Assembly: GCA_016201735.1 (NCBI GenBank)
Contig: JACQCH010000002.1
Location: 1-62,928 of the forward strand
Reading direction: 5' to 3'
Origin: Candidatus Omnitrophota bacterium
GTDB taxonomy: Bacteria; Omnitrophota; Gorgyraeia; 1-14-0-20-64-10
DNA length: 62,928 nt
A program made the position numbers and the translations under genes. The notes under the pieces were generated by a model. It saw only the letters and a program-made list of their open reading frames with translations. It searched no databases and had not been told where the DNA came from. Positions within the stretch are counted from its first letter, which is position 1. Each line of letters begins with the position of its first letter. Shown here in pieces: positions 9,093 through 18,942 of this stretch.

Positions 9093-10250
9093 TTAAAGCC
9101 CCTGAATGAAACGCTCGAGCCGGTCCAACCCTTCCTGGATAGATTCCAGTCCCACCGCGAAACTGAGCCGAACGTGGGAATCCCAGCCGAATCCCCCGCC
9201 CGGGATGACCGCCACCAAGGCCTCCTTCAACAGCCGTTCAGAAAACAGACCGGAATTTAACCCGGTCGCCGAGACGTCCACAAAACAGTAGAAGGCGCCG
9301 TCCGGCTTTACAAAGCTGATCTTCTTTATCTTAGACAGCCGCTCCACCATCCGATCCCGGCGCTTCTGAAATTCCTCCGCCATCTTTTTTACAGGGGCTT
9401 GGTCTTGCGTCAAGGCCGCCAAGGCGGCCCGTTGGCTGATCGAGGTAGGATTGGAAGTGGAATGGTCCTGAAGGCGCCCGGCCGCCTCGACAATCTCCGC
9501 CGGACCCGCCAGATATCCGATGCGCCAGCCGGTCATCGCGTAAGCCTTGGAAACCCCATCCACAACCACGGTGCGGGAGAAAACTTCCGGAGAGACCGAG
9601 GCGATTGAGGGACAGTCGCACCCATAAACCAATCGGCTGTAGATCTCATCGCTGATCACCCAGAGGTCCCGCTCCTTCGCCCACCGGGCCAAATCCTTCA
9701 AGACCTCCGCCTTGAGGACTGCTCCCGTGGGATTGGAAGGGCTGTTAAGAATAAGAACCTTGGCGCGGGAGGACCAGGCCTTCTCAAGGGCTTTCCTCTC
9801 CACCTGAAATCCGCTGGCAGGATCCGTGCGGACTTCTACCGGCGCGGCCCCCGCCAACCGGACCATCTCCGGGTAGCTGACCCAATAAGGAGAAGGAATC
9901 AAAACCTCTTCCCCCGCTTGAACGAGAACTTGGAGGAGATTAAAAAGGGCCTGTTTCGCTCCGCAGGTGACCGCAATCTGCTCGGGCCGGTAGGAAAGCC
10001 GACGCTCCTTGAGGAGGGTCGAGGCAATGGCGTTTTTAAGCTCAGGAATCCCGGTGGTCGGCGTGTATTTCGTGAAGCCCTCTTGAATGGCTTCGATGGC
10101 GGCTTTCTTGACGGCTTCCGGGGTATCGAAATCCGGTTCGCCGGCCGCTAAGTTAATGACTTTCTTGCCTTCCGCTTTCAGTTGTTTGGCTAAAGCGGTC
10201 ACCCGCAGCGTGGGGGAAGGTTGTACCGCCTGAATCCGCTGGGTCAGCAT
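9093..10250 (-). CDS. Aspartate aminotransferase (class I)
   Basis: ORF 9093..10622 trimmed to the ATG at 10250 (MLTQRIQAVQPSPTL..). NLAAGEPDFDTP and the SKAYAMTGWRIGY Lys motif. The upstream 124 codons overlap rplQ. Confidence 0.85.
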   Translation of the reverse strand: MLTQRIQAVQPSPTLRVTALAKQLKAEGKKVINLAAGEPDFDTPEAVKKAAIEAIQEGFTKYTPTTGIPELKNAIASTLLKERRLSYRPEQIAVTCGAKQALFNLLQVLVQAGEEVLIPSPYWVSYPEMVRLAGAAPVEVRTDPASGFQVERKALEKAWSSRAKVLILNSPSNPTGAVLKAEVLKDLARWAKERDLWVISDEIYSRLVYGCDCPSIASVSPEVFSRTVVVDGVSKAYAMTGWRIGYLAGPAEIVEAAGRLQDHSTSNPTSISQRAALAALTQDQAPVKKMAEEFQKRRDRMVERLSKIKKISFVKPDGAFYCFVDVSATGLNSGLFSERLLKEALVAVIPGGGFGWDSHVRLSFAVGLESIQEGLDRLERFIQGL

Positions 10251-10266
10251 GGGAGCGGTGGCGACA

Positions 10267-10833
10267 CTATGGGTTTTTAGGACGGTCTTTACGGTCTTTC
10301 TTGAAAATCGATCGCAAGCCCTCAAGGAATCCCTTGGGTTTCTCCGGCTTCCTCGGCTCTTCTTTCTTTGGGGGTTCGACTTTTGGCTTTTCAGCCGATT
10401 TGGGCTTCGGCGGCGCTGACGATGGGGGAGCAACCTCCTCCTTGACCTTCCCCTTGGGCTTGGCCGTTTTCTGAGGAGTCCGCTCGACCAGCTCCAAGAC
10501 CGCCATGGAAGCTCCATCTCCAGGACGGTGGTTGCCGTGGAGAATCCGGGTGTAGCCGCCGGGCCTCTGGGTAAAACGGGGGGCGATCTCCGAGAAAAGC
10601 CGAGCCACCATGGCCGTATCATCCAGAAGGGACAAGGCCCTCCGGCGGGAGGACAAGGAACCGGATTTCCCCAACGTGATGAGCCGTTCCGCCAGCCGCT
10701 GAGTCTCCTTGGCCCGGGCCAGGGTCGTCTCGATCTGTTCGTGCTTGAGCAGGGCAGAGGTTAAACTGCGCACCGTGGCTTTACGCCAACTGCGGGATCG
10801 ACCTAGATTCCGGGTGTAAACAGAATGAGGCAC
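10267..10833 (-). CDS. rplQ: Ribosomal protein L17 with a ~70-aa K/P/E-rich C-terminal tail
   Basis: LGRSRSWRKATVRSL..GGYTRIL core; follows rpoA as in alpha operons. Confidence 0.92.
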   Translation of the reverse strand: MPHSVYTRNLGRSRSWRKATVRSLTSALLKHEQIETTLARAKETQRLAERLITLGKSGSLSSRRRALSLLDDTAMVARLFSEIAPRFTQRPGGYTRILHGNHRPGDGASMAVLELVERTPQKTAKPKGKVKEEVAPPSSAPPKPKSAEKPKVEPPKKEEPRKPEKPKGFLEGLRSIFKKDRKDRPKNP

Positions 10834-10852
10834 GTGAGTTTACTCTCCCTGG

Positions 10853-11845
10853 CTAAGCTGTGATCTGCTCCTGAGTCCGGCGGTCCAGCTTCATCCCCAG
10901 GTCAAGACTCATCCCTTTCAAAATCACCTGGATCTCCGCCAGCGATTTCTTCCCAAAGTTCCGGAACTTCAACATCTCACCTTCCGACCTTTGGACAAGG
11001 TCCGCGATGGTTTTAATCTTTGCCTCCCGCAGGCAGTTGGCCGACCGAACCGACAGCTCCAGTTCCGTCACCGGCATCCGGAGCTTCTCAACCATTTCAG
11101 GAGGAAGAAACTCTTCTTCCTGCGCCCCCTCTTCAATCGGCAGCTCGCCAAACGCCGTGAAGATCTCCAGATGCTTCTGGAGAATGTGGCCCGCGGTTAA
11201 GAGGGCCTCCTTCGGATTCACCGATCCGTTCGTCCAGACTTCAAGGATCAGCCGGTCGTAATCGGTCATTTGACCCACTCGGGTATTCTCAACATTGAAA
11301 TTCACCTTCCGGACCGGCGAAAAGAGAGAGTCTATGGGGATCACCCCGATAGGTTGGGATTCCTTTCGGTTCCGGTCCGCCGGCACGTAGCCCCGGCCGA
11401 TGCCCATTTCCATCTCAAGAGAAAACTTGGTGGGCTTGGACAGGGTGGCGATGTGCAGGCCCGGATTTAAGATCTCCACGGTCTCATCCGCTTCAATCTG
11501 CCGGGCGGTCAGAGCCCCCTTCTTATCCATCTTGATCATCAACGTCTTGGGTGAGCGGGTGTGCGACCTCAACACCAACTGCTTGATGTTCATGACGATC
11601 TCCGTCATATCCTCCACCACCCCCGGAAGGGTGGAAAACTCATGGAGGACTCCCTCAAACTTCACCGAGGTCACCGCCGCCCCTTCCAGGGAAGACAGAA
11701 GTACTCTGCGAAGTGCGTTCCCGATCGTCGTTCCATATCCCCGCTCGAAAGGTTCCGCGATAAATTTTCCATACGTCAAGGTGTACGACGCTTCATCGCA
11801 CTCGACCTTCGAGGGCATCTCGAAATCTCTCCACGCAATCCCCAT
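10853..11845 (-). CDS. rpoA: RNA polymerase alpha subunit
   Basis: 330 aa with GTTIGNALRRVLLSS and the C-terminal ELSVRSANCL motif. Confidence 0.96.
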   Translation of the reverse strand: MGIAWRDFEMPSKVECDEASYTLTYGKFIAEPFERGYGTTIGNALRRVLLSSLEGAAVTSVKFEGVLHEFSTLPGVVEDMTEIVMNIKQLVLRSHTRSPKTLMIKMDKKGALTARQIEADETVEILNPGLHIATLSKPTKFSLEMEMGIGRGYVPADRNRKESQPIGVIPIDSLFSPVRKVNFNVENTRVGQMTDYDRLILEVWTNGSVNPKEALLTAGHILQKHLEIFTAFGELPIEEGAQEEEFLPPEMVEKLRMPVTELELSVRSANCLREAKIKTIADLVQRSEGEMLKFRNFGKKSLAEIQVILKGMSLDLGMKLDRRTQEQITA

Positions 11846-11867
11846 GCAAAACCTCCTTAAATAAAGG

Positions 11868-12497
11868 CTATCGTGAGTAGAGCTCGACGATCAATTGTTC
11901 TTGAATCGGGAACTGGACGTCTCCCCGGCCCGGCTTTCCGACAATCGTCCCTTCCGGCTGCTCGGCATGGCGATTCAGCCACGGAGGCAACGGGCGGTCC
12001 TTCACCGACTGGCAAGTTTCCTTGACCGACTTCAAGAAGGACTCCGAACCGACCACCCGGACCGTCTGCCCGGACTCAACGACGTAAGAGGGAATGTCCA
12101 CCCGGTGGCCCCCCACCGATACGTGTCCATAACGGACCATCTGCCTGGCCTGAGCCCTGGAGCTGGCAAACCCCAGCCGGTAAACCACGTTATCCAGCCG
12201 CCGCTCCAACAGCTCCAGGAGTTTCTCACCCGTGACCCCCTTCGCTTGAGAGGCCTGCTGGAAGGTGTTCCGGAACTGCCGCTCCAGCATTCCATACATC
12301 CGCTTGACCTTCTGCTTCTCTCTTAACTGGAGACCGTAGTCGGATAACTTTCTCACCCGGTTCTGCCCATGTTCTCCCGGAGCATAGCCCCGCTTATTGA
12401 AAGGACACTTCTCCGTCATGCATTTGGTGCCCTTTAAAAACAGCTTCATTCCCTGACGACGGCAGATCCGACAGGCAGGTCCAATGTATCTTGCCAT
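11868..12497 (-). CDS. rpsD: Ribosomal protein S4
   Basis: MARYIGPACRICRRQG.. N-terminus; operon position. Confidence 0.96.
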   Translation of the reverse strand: MARYIGPACRICRRQGMKLFLKGTKCMTEKCPFNKRGYAPGEHGQNRVRKLSDYGLQLREKQKVKRMYGMLERQFRNTFQQASQAKGVTGEKLLELLERRLDNVVYRLGFASSRAQARQMVRYGHVSVGGHRVDIPSYVVESGQTVRVVGSESFLKSVKETCQSVKDRPLPPWLNRHAEQPEGTIVGKPGRGDVQFPIQEQLIVELYSR

Positions 12498-12881
12498 TTA
12501 TACCCTTCTTCTCTTGGGAGGGCGGCATCCGTTATGAGGAACCGGGGTCACATCCCGAATCATGGTGATGGTCAGCCCCGCCGCCTGCAGGGCCCGGACC
12601 GCGGATTCCCGGCCGGAACCGGGTCCCTTGACAAATACCTCCACTTCCTTGACCCCCATGCCGATCGCCTTCTTGGCAGCGTTCTCCGCCGCCACCTGAG
12701 CCGCAAAAGGAGTCGCCTTCTTGGAACCGGAAAAACCGACGACCCCGGTCGAGGCCCAGCAGAGAACGTTCCCCTGCCTGTCCGTGATGGTAATGATGGT
12801 ATTGTTGAAGGTCGCCTGAACATGGGCAATCCCACTGGTCACATGAATCTTCTGTTTCTTCCGCGGCTTCGTGTCAGCCAT
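12498..12881 (-). CDS. rpsK: Ribosomal protein S11
   Basis: [18 protein letters not shown] and a C-terminal [13 protein letters not shown]. Confidence 0.96.
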   Translation of the reverse strand: MADTKPRKKQKIHVTSGIAHVQATFNNTIITITDRQGNVLCWASTGVVGFSGSKKATPFAAQVAAENAAKKAIGMGVKEVEVFVKGPGSGRESAVRALQAAGLTITMIRDVTPVPHNGCRPPKRRRV

Positions 12882-12902
12882 TATTTTCTCCTAAAATCTA
12901 AA

Positions 12903-13310
12903 CTAAGACGCCTTGGCCGGGGCCGGCGCGGCAGCCGGTTTCTTGGGCCCGCCGCCGCCGACCATCCGGCGGGGACCCTTCCGGGTCCGGGCGTTGGTAT
13001 GAGTCCGCTGTCCCCTCACCGGCAGCCCGCGGCGATGCCGTAAACCCCGGTACGATCCGATATCGATCAGGCGCTTGATGTTCTGCGAAATCTCCCGCTT
13101 TAAATCTCCCTCCACCTTATAACTTCGGGTGACGATGGAGCTTATCTTCGTAATCTGGACTTCTGACAAATTCTTGGTCCGGATCGCCGGATCAACGCCC
13201 GCCTGGGCCAGAATTCGACCGGCTCCGGAACGCCCGATCCCGTAGAGATAGCTTAAGGCGATGTCAATTCGCTTTTCCCTGGGAAGATCGACTCCAACGA
13301 TTCGGGCCAT
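12903..13310 (-). CDS. rpsM: Ribosomal protein S13
   Basis: [14 protein letters not shown].. N-terminus. Confidence 0.96.
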   Translation of the reverse strand: MARIVGVDLPREKRIDIALSYLYGIGRSGAGRILAQAGVDPAIRTKNLSEVQITKISSIVTRSYKVEGDLKREISQNIKRLIDIGSYRGLRHRRGLPVRGQRTHTNARTRKGPRRMVGGGGPKKPAAAPAPAKAS

Positions 13311-13325
13311 CTTCTGTTGCCCTCC

Positions 13326-13439
13326 TTAACCCTGTCTCTGCTTATGGCGGGGATTGCTGCAGATGACCCGGATCACCCGGTTGCGTTTGACCACCCTGCA
13401 GCGCTCACAAATCCGCTTGATCGACGCTTTAACCTTCAC
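13326..13439 (-). CDS. rpmJ: Ribosomal protein L36
   Basis: Hand-translated 37 codons with a GTG start: [37 protein letters not shown]. Below the ORF-track size cut-off. Confidence 0.9.
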   Translation of the reverse strand: MKVKASIKRICERCRVVKRNRVIRVICSNPRHKQRQG

Positions 13440-13454
13440 TTGCTCCTCAATTCT

Positions 13455-13676
13455 TCACGACCGCGTCCGGAAGGTAATCCGTCCGCGCATCAAATCATAG
13501 GGGGATAATTCCACCGTCACTTTGTCGCCGGGCAGGATTCGGATAAAATGCATCCTCATCTTGCCCGCCACATGCGCTAAGATCTTGTGGCCATTCTCCA
13601 GTTCCACCCGAAACCTCGCGTTGGGAAGCGCCTCCATGACAATCCCCTCAACCTGAATCGCCTCTTCTTTTGGCAT
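13455..13676 (-). CDS. infA: Translation initiation factor IF-1
   Basis: 73 aa; [28 protein letters not shown]. Confidence 0.95.
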   Translation of the reverse strand: MPKEEAIQVEGIVMEALPNARFRVELENGHKILAHVAGKMRMHFIRILPGDKVTVELSPYDLMRGRITFRTRS

Positions 13677-14422
13677 CAGATCCTAGTGAGAATCTCCGGC
13701 CCCGATTCGGTGACCGCCACCGTGTGCTCAAAGTGGGCGGACAGTTTCCGGTCCTTGGTGACTGCCGTCCAGCCATCGGCCAGGACCTCCACCGCCGCTC
13801 CCCCCTGGTTCACCATCGGCTCGATCGCCAACACCATCCCTTCTTTGAGGACGGGGCCGAAACCGGGCTTCCCGTAGTTGGGAATCTGGGGCGGTTCGTG
13901 AAGTTCCGTCCCGATCCCGTGCCCGACAAAGTCCCTCACGACAGAATAGCCGCGCGACTCCACCGTTCTCTGGACCGCATGAGAGATGTCGGACAGCCGG
14001 TTCCCCGGCCGGGCAAAGGCGATTCCCTCAGCGAGGGCGGCCTGAGTCACCGCCATCAGATCCGCCGCCTCCTGAGAAATCTGCCCCACGGCAACGGTAA
14101 CGGCCGCATCCCCGAAGTAACCCTCAACCGTGGCCCCGACATCCAATCCCACAATGTCCCCTTCCTTCAGTTTCCGGCGAGAGGGAATCCCATGAACCAC
14201 CTCTTCATTGACCGAGGCGCAGATGTTTCCGGGAAACCCCCGGTACCCTTTGAAGGCAGGCTTTCCCCCTTCTTGGCGGATCTTCTCGCCGGCCATCTCA
14301 TCCAACTCGGCGGTGGTGATTCCCGGCCGGACCTCTTTTTTCAACATCTCAATCACCTTCGCCACGATTCGGCCCGCCTCCCTCATCCTTTCCAGCTGAC
14401 TTGGACTCTTTAATTCAATCAC
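13676..14422 (-). CDS. map: Methionine aminopeptidase type I
   Basis: ORF trimmed to the GTG at 14422 ([17 protein letters not shown]), preceded by GGAGGGG. The longer ORF reads through repeat copy A. Confidence 0.88.
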   Translation of the reverse strand: MIELKSPSQLERMREAGRIVAKVIEMLKKEVRPGITTAELDEMAGEKIRQEGGKPAFKGYRGFPGNICASVNEEVVHGIPSRRKLKEGDIVGLDVGATVEGYFGDAAVTVAVGQISQEAADLMAVTQAALAEGIAFARPGNRLSDISHAVQRTVESRGYSVVRDFVGHGIGTELHEPPQIPNYGKPGFGPVLKEGMVLAIEPMVNQGGAAVEVLADGWTAVTKDRKLSAHFEHTVAVTESGPEILTRI

Positions 14423-14552
14423 CCCGCCCCTCCGGAATGGTGCCCTCGGCTCAGACGAGATGGACCCCTCGGAATTTTTTTTAGCCGAGGGCACCTGCGC
14501 CTTCGGCGCAGTGAAGCGGCCAAGGCCGCTTCATCATTCCGGAGGGGCGGGG
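14422..14552. mobile_element. Family-1 MITE copy A (TIR CCCCGCCCCTCCGG; TCA/TCA flanks at 14419-21 and 14553-55)
   Basis: Perfect 14-nt TIRs. Internal hairpins GGTGCCCTCGGCT/AGCCGAGGGCACC, TGCGCC-TTCG-GCGCA and GAAGCGGCC/GGCCGCTTC. Internal order is inverted relative to copies B-D. Confidence 0.8.
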
Positions 14553-15226
14553 TCATTCACCAGTTGCTCGGTCCGAAGCAAATCCAGAAGCAGCTGGTAC
14601 TGCTCCTCAATCCTACCCTCGCCGGAAACCTCCCGCAGTTTTCCCTGAGCCCGGTAAAATTCCAGTAAGGGGGCCGTTTGAGACTCGTAAACCTTCAGCC
14701 GATTTCGGATCGTCTGCGGATTGTCGTCCGGCCGGGTCCTCAACACCCCGCCGCATCGATCGCATAAGCCCCGCCGCTTGGAGGGCAGACGTTCCAGATG
14801 GTAATTGGCCCCGCACTTCTCGCAGACCCTGCGCCCAGCCAATCGGCCCACCATCGTCTCCTCCGAGACTTCAAACCCGATGGTCAGATCAATCGGGGAG
14901 TCTCCACTCCGAGCTAACGCTTCGTCCAGCGCCTTGGCCTGCTCCACCGTCCGGGGAAAACCGTCCAGCACAAACGGGATTTTCTTGCCTAGGTTCCCCA
15001 TCCGTTCCAAAATCAATTCGGTCACGAGCTCATCGGGAAGCAAGGAGCCCGATTCCATCAACCGGGCCGCCTCTTTGCCGCGAGGGTTCCCCTGTTGAAC
15101 CGATTCCCGGACCATCTCCCTCAGCAAATTCCCGCTCGACAGATGCGTCACCTTCAGCCGTTCCGCCAAAAGCAAAGCCAGCGTTCCCTTTCCGGCGCCG
15201 GGCGGACCCAAAAAGATCAGCCGCAC
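14534..15226 (-). CDS. adk: Adenylate kinase
   Basis: Trimmed to the GTG at 15226 (VRLIFLGPPGAGKGT). Zn-lid CEKCG..CDRCG. The last 6 codons (DPAPPE) are encoded by the MITE arm. Confidence 0.9.
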   Translation of the reverse strand: MRLIFLGPPGAGKGTLALLLAERLKVTHLSSGNLLREMVRESVQQGNPRGKEAARLMESGSLLPDELVTELILERMGNLGKKIPFVLDGFPRTVEQAKALDEALARSGDSPIDLTIGFEVSEETMVGRLAGRRVCEKCGANYHLERLPSKRRGLCDRCGGVLRTRPDDNPQTIRNRLKVYESQTAPLLEFYRAQGKLREVSGEGRIEEQYQLLLDLLRTEQLVNDPAPPE

Positions 15227-15290
15227 CCCGCACCACCTCTGAGTCCTTCCGGCGTCTGAAACCAAGGTGTAACGGGCCGCATCACTAACC

Positions 15291-16640
15291 TTATCGCCGA
15301 GAACGGAGCCGGCCATGAGTCAAGAACCCCTCGTAATTGCGCATGAGAAGAAAAGATTCGACCTGACGCATCGTGTCCAGCATCACCCCGACAATGATCA
15401 GAAGACTTGTCCCCCCAAAGAAACTGGCGACCAAATAGGGAATCCCAAGCCAACGCCCAACCATATCCGGAAAAACCGCCACCACCGCCAGGAAAACCGC
15501 CCCGGGCAGCGTGATTCGGGTCAGCAGCCGATCAAAGAACTCCGCCGTGGGCCGCCCGGGCCGAATGCCGGGCACGAATCCCCCGAACTTCTTCATATTG
15601 TCGGCCACATCCACCGGATTGAATGCGATGGCCGTGTAAAAATAGGCGAAGAAAACGATGAGCAGCGTGTAGAGCACCGTATAAAGGATCTGCCCCCGGG
15701 TCAGCCAGTGGGAGAACCGGTTGAGTGCCTGAATCCCGGTGAAGCCGGCCACCGTCGCCGGAAACAGGATGATCGACTGCGCAAAGATGATCGGGATCAC
15801 CCCCGCGTGATTGACCCGGATCGGGATGTAACTGGCCTGCCCACCGTACACCTTCCGCCCCACAATCCGACGGGCGTACTGGACGGGAACGCGGCGTTGA
15901 GCCTGAGTGATCGCAATGACCGCCAGGACCACCGCCACCAGCATCACCGCCATCAAGGCCAGGGTGAACGGCTGGATCTGCCGCTGGCTGGCCGACCCGG
16001 GGCTGGCCAGCAGAACCAACTGATGGACCGCCGTCGGCAGGCGCGACAGGATGCCGGAGGTGATCAAGATCGACATCCCGTTGCCGACTCCGTAGGCGGT
16101 GACCTGCTCTCCGAGCCACATGATGAAGGCCGTCCCGCTGGCGAGCGTCACGATCGTCAGCAATCGGAATCCCCACCCCGGATACTGGACCATCTGCACC
16201 CCTTCAAAATTCCGGGAGTTCTCCAGCCAGAGACTGATGAACAGAGCCTGCAGGATTCCCAACCCCACTGTCAGATACCGGGAATACTGGTTGATCCGAC
16301 GCCGCCCCGCTTCGCCCTCTTCCTTGGCCATCTGCTCGAGCTGCGGGATCACCACCACCAAGAGCTGCATGATGATGGAGGCCGAAATGGCCGGCATGAT
16401 CCCCAGAGCGAAGATCGTCATGTTGGAAAGGCCGCCGCCGGAAAACAGATCCATCACGGTGAACAGCGTCCCGCCCAACTGTTGGCTGATTCTGTCAAAG
16501 AACGCCCGCATCGCGTTCCCATCAATCCCCGGCAGGGGGATATAGGCCCCGACCCGATAGACGGCAATGAGCCCCAGGGTCAGCAGGATTCGCTGCCGCA
16601 GCTCCGGGATCTTAAAACTGTTGGCAAGCGCCCTGAGCAT
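15291..16640 (-). CDS. secY: Preprotein translocase SecY
   Basis: 449 aa, 10 TM-like segments, [15 protein letters not shown]-terminus. Confidence 0.96.
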   Translation of the reverse strand: MLRALANSFKIPELRQRILLTLGLIAVYRVGAYIPLPGIDGNAMRAFFDRISQQLGGTLFTVMDLFSGGGLSNMTIFALGIMPAISASIIMQLLVVVIPQLEQMAKEEGEAGRRRINQYSRYLTVGLGILQALFISLWLENSRNFEGVQMVQYPGWGFRLLTIVTLASGTAFIMWLGEQVTAYGVGNGMSILITSGILSRLPTAVHQLVLLASPGSASQRQIQPFTLALMAVMLVAVVLAVIAITQAQRRVPVQYARRIVGRKVYGGQASYIPIRVNHAGVIPIIFAQSIILFPATVAGFTGIQALNRFSHWLTRGQILYTVLYTLLIVFFAYFYTAIAFNPVDVADNMKKFGGFVPGIRPGRPTAEFFDRLLTRITLPGAVFLAVVAVFPDMVGRWLGIPYLVASFFGGTSLLIIVGVMLDTMRQVESFLLMRNYEGFLTHGRLRSRR

Positions 16641-17052
16641 TTTTGATCTTTTCTAAAGCCGACTTCGAGAACTGGTGCGCCTTGACCGTCAGCGGATGCG
16701 CCAGGGAGCCGTCTCCAAGAATCTTCACCCGGACCTGCTTGGAGCGGATCAGCCCCGCTTCCGCCAGGACCGCCGGATCCACGACGGACGCCGCGGGGAA
16801 TCGGTTCAAATCTCTTAAGTTCACGATCTCCAGCAGTGTCCGCTTCAGATGCACGAATCCCCGTTTGGGCACTCGGCGGGCCAAAGGCATCTGGCCCCCT
16901 TCGAACTCGGGTCTCAGACCCGGACCGGAACGGGCCCGCTGGCCCTTGATTCCACGACCGGAGGTCTTCCCATGCCCGGAAGACTCTCCGAAACCCCTCC
17001 GCTTCTTTCGATGGGTCGCTCCCTTCGGAGCCGGAATCTCACCCAGCTTCAT
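16612..17052 (-). CDS. rplO: Ribosomal protein L15
   Basis: [18 protein letters not shown] motif; overlaps the secY start. Confidence 0.94.
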   Translation of the reverse strand: MKLGEIPAPKGATHRKKRRGFGESSGHGKTSGRGIKGQRARSGPGLRPEFEGGQMPLARRVPKRGFVHLKRTLLEIVNLRDLNRFPAASVVDPAVLAEAGLIRSKQVRVKILGDGSLAHPLTVKAHQFSKSALEKIKNAQGACQQF

Positions 17053-17615
17053 TGGGCTATCTCCTCTGTAACGTTTGTAACGTTCTGACGCAAAGCGATC
17101 ACATCTTGAGGATACGACAGGCTCTGAAGTCCCTGGATCGTCGCCCGAACCACGTTAATGACGTTATTGGAACCCAGGGATTTCGTGAGGATGTCCCGGA
17201 TCCCCGCCGACTCGCAGACCGCCCGAACCGTCCCCCCAGCGATAATTCCGGTGCCGGGACCCGCCGGCTTTAAAAGGACACGGGAAGCCGAATACTCCCC
17301 GATCACCTCATGAGGAATCGTCCCTTTCTCCATCGGAACACGGAACATTGCCTTGCGGGCCTGGCCCAGCCCTTTACGGATCGCATCGGCAACTTCATTG
17401 GCCTTGCCCAAGGCCCAGCCGACCTGCCCTTTTCCATCCCCCACGATAACCAAAGCGCTGAAGGAAAGCCGCTTGCCCCCCTTGGTCACCTTGGCGACCC
17501 GGTTGATGGCAACCACCTTCTCAATGAAATTGGACTGCAGCTGCTGCCCTGGACCTCCCCGCTGCGGACCTCCTCCGCGCTGCGGACCCCCGCCCCCTCT
17601 CTGTTGGCGCGCCAT
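17049..17615 (-). CDS. rpsE: Ribosomal protein S5 with an RGG/PQRGG-rich N-terminus
   Basis: [24 protein letters not shown] core. Confidence 0.95.
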   Translation of the reverse strand: MARQQRGGGGPQRGGGPQRGGPGQQLQSNFIEKVVAINRVAKVTKGGKRLSFSALVIVGDGKGQVGWALGKANEVADAIRKGLGQARKAMFRVPMEKGTIPHEVIGEYSASRVLLKPAGPGTGIIAGGTVRAVCESAGIRDILTKSLGSNNVINVVRATIQGLQSLSYPQDVIALRQNVTNVTEEIAQ

Positions 17616-17628
17616 TTACTGTTTCACC

Positions 17629-17994
17629 TCACACCTGAATCCCTTGGGCCCGCACCGCTTCGGTCAGGGCCTTGACCCGCCCATGATAGCGATAGCCGCT
17701 CCGGTCCAGAACCAGCTTGGTTAACCCAGCCGACTTCGCCGCCTGAGCCACTTTCTCCCCCAGAAATTTTGCCGCCTCCACGTTGGAACCCTTCGGTTTT
17801 TCTTGACGGAACGAAGCCTGCCGGGTGGAACAGCTCAGCAATGTTTTTCCCGCCAGATCGTCAACGATCTGGGCGTACAGATTTTTATGACTGCGATGCA
17901 CCACCAAGCGGGGCCGATCGGCGGAACCGGCCACTTTCTTCCGGATCCGCAGGTGCCTGCGCAGACGACCTTTTTCAGCAATCGCTCCGATCAT
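17629..17994 (-). CDS. rplR: Ribosomal protein L18
   Basis: RPRLVVHRSHKNLYAQIVDD motif. Confidence 0.95.
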   Translation of the reverse strand: MIGAIAEKGRLRRHLRIRKKVAGSADRPRLVVHRSHKNLYAQIVDDLAGKTLLSCSTRQASFRQEKPKGSNVEAAKFLGEKVAQAAKSAGLTKLVLDRSGYRYHGRVKALTEAVRAQGIQV

Positions 17995-18530
17995 CAGGCC
18001 ACCGCCTTGCCGGCCTTTCGGCGAACGGCTTCTCCCACGTAACGGATTCCCTTTCCCTTATACGGCTCCGGCGGGGCGAACGCTCGGATCCGAGCCGCCA
18101 CCTGGCCTACCAGCGCTTTATCGGTTCCCTTAACCACCATCTGGGTCGGCTTGGGAGTTTCGATGGTGATCCCGGGCGGGATGGAAAAGATCACCGGATG
18201 GGTGAAGCCGACATAAAGCTCCAGTTTCCCCTGCGCGACAGAGGCCCGGAATCCAATCCCTTGAATCTCCAGTTCCTTGACGAAGCCCTGGGTGACTCCC
18301 TTCACCATATTGTCCACGAGCGTCCGGGTCAGCCCATGGAGACTCTTGAACCGGGTTTCCTCGCTGGAGCGCTTAACCAACATCTGGCCCTCCGCCCGCT
18401 CGACGGTGATTCCCTCCGGCAGCCGATGAGAAAGCTTGCCCCTAGGGCCCTCCACCTGGAGATGATCTCCCTGGACCTCCACCTTCACTTGAGGAGGAAC
18501 CAGAATAGGACGCTGACCTACTCGAGACAT
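17994..18530 (-). CDS. rplF: Ribosomal protein L6
   Basis: 178 aa; MSRVGQRPI..; operon position. Confidence 0.95.
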   Translation of the reverse strand: MSRVGQRPILVPPQVKVEVQGDHLQVEGPRGKLSHRLPEGITVERAEGQMLVKRSSEETRFKSLHGLTRTLVDNMVKGVTQGFVKELEIQGIGFRASVAQGKLELYVGFTHPVIFSIPPGITIETPKPTQMVVKGTDKALVGQVAARIRAFAPPEPYKGKGIRYVGEAVRRKAGKAVA

Positions 18531-18536
18531 CGCTGC

Positions 18537-18938
18537 TCACCAGACATGACAAATCACCTCACCGCCGACCCCTTGGGTCTTGGCCTCTTTGCCCGAGAGC
18601 ACTCCCCGGGGGGTCGAAAGAACCGCCATCCCAATCCCGGAAAGAATCCTGGGGATCTTCGTTTTAGGAATATAAATCCGCAAACCCGGCTTGGAGACAC
18701 GGCGGATGTGCCGAAGAATCGGCCGACGATCCTTGGTGTACTTCAAATAAACCCTTAAAACACCCTGGGGAGTCCCCTCTTTCATCAGGCGCCAGTTCTG
18801 GATAAACCCTTCCTGCTTCAAACAGTCCAGCACCGCCGCGCCAAACCGGGACCCCGGAAGATCCACCTGCACCTTCTTCGCTTGGCTCGCGTTTCGAACG
18901 GCCGCTAACAAATCACCGATCGTGTCCGTCTGACTCAT
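18537..18938 (-). CDS. rpsH: Ribosomal protein S8
   Basis: DTIGDLLAAVRNA N-terminus. Confidence 0.95.
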   Translation of the reverse strand: MSQTDTIGDLLAAVRNASQAKKVQVDLPGSRFGAAVLDCLKQEGFIQNWRLMKEGTPQGVLRVYLKYTKDRRPILRHIRRVSKPGLRIYIPKTKIPRILSGIGMAVLSTPRGVLSGKEAKTQGVGGEVICHVW

Positions 18939-18942
18939 CCGA

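Noticed and set aside
10251-10622. 124-codon N-terminal extension of the aminotransferase ORF (509 aa in the track)
   Set aside because: The extension overlaps the rplQ coding region in another frame and is R/S/P-rich. The conserved aminotransferase N-terminus starts at the ATG at 10250.
15315-16646. 443-aa plus-strand ORF antisense to secY
   Set aside because: It is Arg/Pro/Gly/His/Asp-rich low-complexity translation exactly mirroring a well-supported minus-strand gene. This is the typical shadow ORF of GC-rich DNA.
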